64,000 bases of DNA, taken from the NCBI GenBank assembly GCA_965205155.1, contig OZ242033.1, positions 2,299,572 through 2,363,571 on the forward strand, read 5' to 3'. The translations under genes and the position numbers were made by a program. The stretch comes from Candidatus Aldehydirespirator sp. (GTDB lineage: Bacteria; Actinomycetota; Acidimicrobiia; Acidimicrobiales; Aldehydirespiratoraceae). How positions within the stretch are numbered: position 1 is the first letter of the stretch; every line of letters begins with the position of its first letter. Shown here one piece after another: positions 61,702-64,000 of the stretch. Under the pieces are notes generated by a model that saw only the letters and a list, made by a program, of their open reading frames with translations, did not search any database and was not told where the DNA came from.

Positions 61702-63057
61702 ACCAGGCACGCAAGGAGCACCAGTCATGCGAGGCTCATCAGGCCCGGGAGGCTCATCGAGCCCGCGGGGGCGCTGGTGGCGGCTGTGGCCGCGGTGGTG
61801 CTGCTGGCCGCGGCGTGCGGCGGCGGTGGCGACTCGGCGCCTGCGCCGACGGTGGCGCCGTCGGTGACTGAGCAACCCGATCCGGGACCGGACCCTGACG
61901 GCGTTGCGGACCCTGACGAGGCGCCGCCGGACGGGGAGGCACCGCCGGACGAGGCGCCGGTCGACGGCGAGGCGCCCGTGGATGGGGAGGCACCGGACGG
62001 GGAGGCGCCCGACGCGACGGCGACCCCGGGCGAGGACGAGCCCGCGGTGGAGGCGCCGTCGGGGCCGCCGCATGTGGCCGAGCTGCCGTGGGGCAACTTC
62101 GTGCTGGCCGAGCGGATCGCGGCCAAGCTCGAAGCCCAGGAGAGGCTGAACTTCGTGATCTCGCTCACCGCGGTCGGCGAGGACGGCCACGCGGCGCAGT
62201 TCGAGCCCGGCTGGTCGAGCGCGGCCGGCGAGGTGGCCGAGGAGTACGGCGCCGATGTTCATGCCAGGGTGATCGGCCCCAACTCCGCCGACGCCGAGGC
62301 CCAGGCGGCCACCATCGAGTCGCTGGTCGAGACTGGTGACATCGACTGTCTGGCGGTGGAGGCGGCCGGGCTGCGGCTGATGACCGACGCCATCGACGCG
62401 GCGGTGGACGCGGGCGTGCCGGTGGTGTCGGTGGGCGGCGACAGCCCCGACTCCAAGCGGTTCGCGTTCTACGGCATCGACGCCTACGCCTCGGGCTACG
62501 CGACCGGGCAGTTCGTCGGGCTGTGGGCCGCCGACGGCGGGATCCTGATGCGCCGCGGCGGGGTGCTCACCGGCGACGCGGGCGACCAGCGGTCCTTCGA
62601 CCTGATGAGGGGGTTCGTGGACGGCTTCAGCGAGATCCACTCCGGCCTGGAGTGGGCCAACACCCCCAACGACGTCGACTCGTTCGGCTTCGAGCCCTTC
62701 GCGGTGTATGACGCCACCGAGGCGTGGGTGCTCGAGAACGTCGACGCCGACGTGGTGTTCCACACCGATGCGGGGCTCGAGCAACTGGCCGCGGTGATGG
62801 CCGACCAGTTGCTCTACGGCGACATGTACGCCGTCGGGTTCCACATGAGCGCGCCGGTGGCCGACTACATCCGCGAGCGGCTGGTGGTGACGGCCATGGA
62901 CGAGCGCCGCTCAGAGCAGGCCCGCCTCGCCGGGCTGGCCTGCGGCGACTTCCTGCTCGGCGGCGTCCACAACACCGGACACGTGGTGGTCGAGCCCGAG
63001 GCGGTGACCCGCGACAACGTAGACGAGACCGACGGGGCGCCGGCGGACAACCAGTAA
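61624..63057 (+). CDS. Periplasmic-binding-protein type I (sugar-binding-like) lipoprotein
   Basis: Start ATG 61624 or 61696. Lipobox VVLLAAACGGGG and an EAPPDGEAP-type repeat linker. Body ...AEAQAATIESLVETGDIDCLAVEAAG...DAGVPVVSVGGDSPDSKRFAFYGIDAYASGYATGQFV... resembles RbsB-like PBP1 proteins. Confidence 0.75.
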   Translation: MNARTYPLRPGASTFPRRPSGGGPMNTRHARSTSHARLIRPGRLIEPAGALVAAVAAVVLLAAACGGGGDSAPAPTVAPSVTEQPDPGPDPDGVADPDEAPPDGEAPPDEAPVDGEAPVDGEAPDGEAPDATATPGEDEPAVEAPSGPPHVAELPWGNFVLAERIAAKLEAQERLNFVISLTAVGEDGHAAQFEPGWSSAAGEVAEEYGADVHARVIGPNSADAEAQAATIESLVETGDIDCLAVEAAGLRLMTDAIDAAVDAGVPVVSVGGDSPDSKRFAFYGIDAYASGYATGQFVGLWAADGGILMRRGGVLTGDAGDQRSFDLMRGFVDGFSEIHSGLEWANTPNDVDSFGFEPFAVYDATEAWVLENVDADVVFHTDAGLEQLAAVMADQLLYGDMYAVGFHMSAPVADYIRERLVVTAMDERRSEQARLAGLACGDFLLGGVHNTGHVVVEPEAVTRDNVDETDGAPADNQ

Positions 63058-63132
63058 GTCTCGACTGAAGATCGAGGGTTGGCCCGGACGGGAGGCATCG
63101 GCGGTGACCCGGTGACACCCCCGGCCGGGATC

Positions 63133-64000
63133 GTGCGGCGTCGCAGAGCAAGCGCAAGCGGCGATCAGCGGGGTGGTGCGGTGAGCCTCTGGGTGGTGCT
63201 GATGGTGCCGGTGTCGGCGTTCGCGGCGGTGGTGGCCATGGCCGGCCCCCAGAGGCTGGCCGCGGAGTCCTCCGTGCAGGAGGCCGCCGACGATCTGGCC
63301 ATGTTCACCGTCGCCTGGCGCGACGGCGCCCAGGACCCCGAAGGCCCGCTGGCGGCGTTCCCACCCGACTGCGCGGCCCGCACGGCACAGCAGCAGGCCG
63401 ACATGGCCGCTCTCGACGGCAAGATCACCGCGCTGGACCCGGACGATGTGGACTTCCTCACCGACCTGGATGCGCTCAACATGGAACTGGACAAGTTGCG
63501 CGAGGGGCTGAGGCAGCAGCCGCCCTGGGGGGCCGTAGCCGGCACCAACCAGGAACTCAAAGACGATCTCAGGAAGCGATTCGACGAGTTCGAGGAACTG
63601 CTCAAAGAGTGGGACGCGATGTGCGAGTTCCTGTTCGAGGCGCTGCTTCGCGACCTCGGAAACCTCGGCGTCGACATGGCCTCGCTGCGCGGCTCCTACA
63701 GCGACTCCCTCAAGGGCACCTGCTCCGACCCGGCCCACACCAGCGAGTCCGCGTGCACCGGCGCAGGCGAGACATGGTTCCTGCCCTGCCTGGTGGCAAT
63801 CGGGCGCTCGGAGCCGAAGGCGGACGTGGTGGTGAGCGACGCGGCCCATGTGGCCCTGGCCGCCGACTGGCAGGACGCGGGCTGGGCCGCCGCGCAGGTG
63901 TGGCCCGACGGTCTGCCCATGGCGGCGGAGTCGATCGGCCGGTTGAGCGAGTACGACTACACCAACGCTCCTCCGCCCCGATGCGGCGGGCAACTCGTCG
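63133..64000 (+). CDS. TadE/TadG-like protein (3' end beyond window)
   Basis: Not in the track because it runs off the window. GTG 63133 gives VRRRRASASGDQRGGAVSLWVVLMVPVSAFAAVVAMAG..., then a coiled-coil-like segment and Cys-rich region. Start uncertain (GTG 63112 and GTG 63181 are alternatives). Confidence 0.5.
   Translation, partial: MRRRRASASGDQRGGAVSLWVVLMVPVSAFAAVVAMAGPQRLAAESSVQEAADDLAMFTVAWRDGAQDPEGPLAAFPPDCAARTAQQQADMAALDGKITALDPDDVDFLTDLDALNMELDKLREGLRQQPPWGAVAGTNQELKDDLRKRFDEFEELLKEWDAMCEFLFEALLRDLGNLGVDMASLRGSYSDSLKGTCSDPAHTSESACTGAGETWFLPCLVAIGRSEPKADVVVSDAAHVALAADWQDAGWAAAQVWPDGLPMAAESIGRLSEYDYTNAPPPRCGGQLV

Overview
Very GC-rich chromosomal segment. It looks actinobacterial: it has an Rpf-type transglycosylase, candidate genes for the actinobacteria-specific ribosomal proteins bL37 and bS22, and gene order that (from memory) parallels M. 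tuberculosis Rv1003-Rv1026.

Coordinates 1-40 kb are a housekeeping array: BMP-type ABC uptake genes, ychF, acyl-ACP desaturase, rsmI, metG, tatD, rpf, rsmA, ispE, tRNA-Gln, prs, rplY/ctc, pth, mfd, a parvulin PPIase, mazG, eno, an ftsB-like gene, DUF501, ppx, pyc and others. Two accessory insertions interrupt it. One is an orphan CoxL-like molybdopterin subunit between rsmA and ispE. The other is a thioesterase + MoxR/VWA(CoxE)/XdhC/MocA/CoxG + MazEF block between the ftsB-like gene and DUF501.

A tRNA-Leu(UAA) at 40.2 kb marks the start of a variable region (40.3-52 kb). It holds an orphan 673-aa lipoprotein, a degenerate PIN gene, a lipoprotein serpin with a long C-terminal extension, a 28-blade RCC1-repeat lipoprotein with decayed blades upstream, and a Uma2 nuclease plus a fragment of a second copy.

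From 52 kb to the window end is a Tad-like pilus locus. It has three long pilin-like genes with a G/LTTLEW leader, one decayed paralog, cpaB-, tadZ-, tadA-, tadB- and tadC-like genes, two TadE/G-like genes, and an embedded PBP1 lipoprotein. A (TC)26 microsatellite lies upstream of it.

Two sequence-level patterns stand out:
- A dispersed ~50-nt core repeat occurs six times, always threaded by open or NTGA-coupled small reading frames (MIRU-like).
- Eight gene junctions carry local tandem duplications of the stop/start overlap. Six have a period of 2 mod 3, so a leader mini-ORF terminates at or within a few nucleotides of the real start codon (on it in five of the six).

All coordinates were counted by hand and no database search was possible. 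Many long ORFs in the track are antisense shadows typical of high-GC DNA and were ignored.
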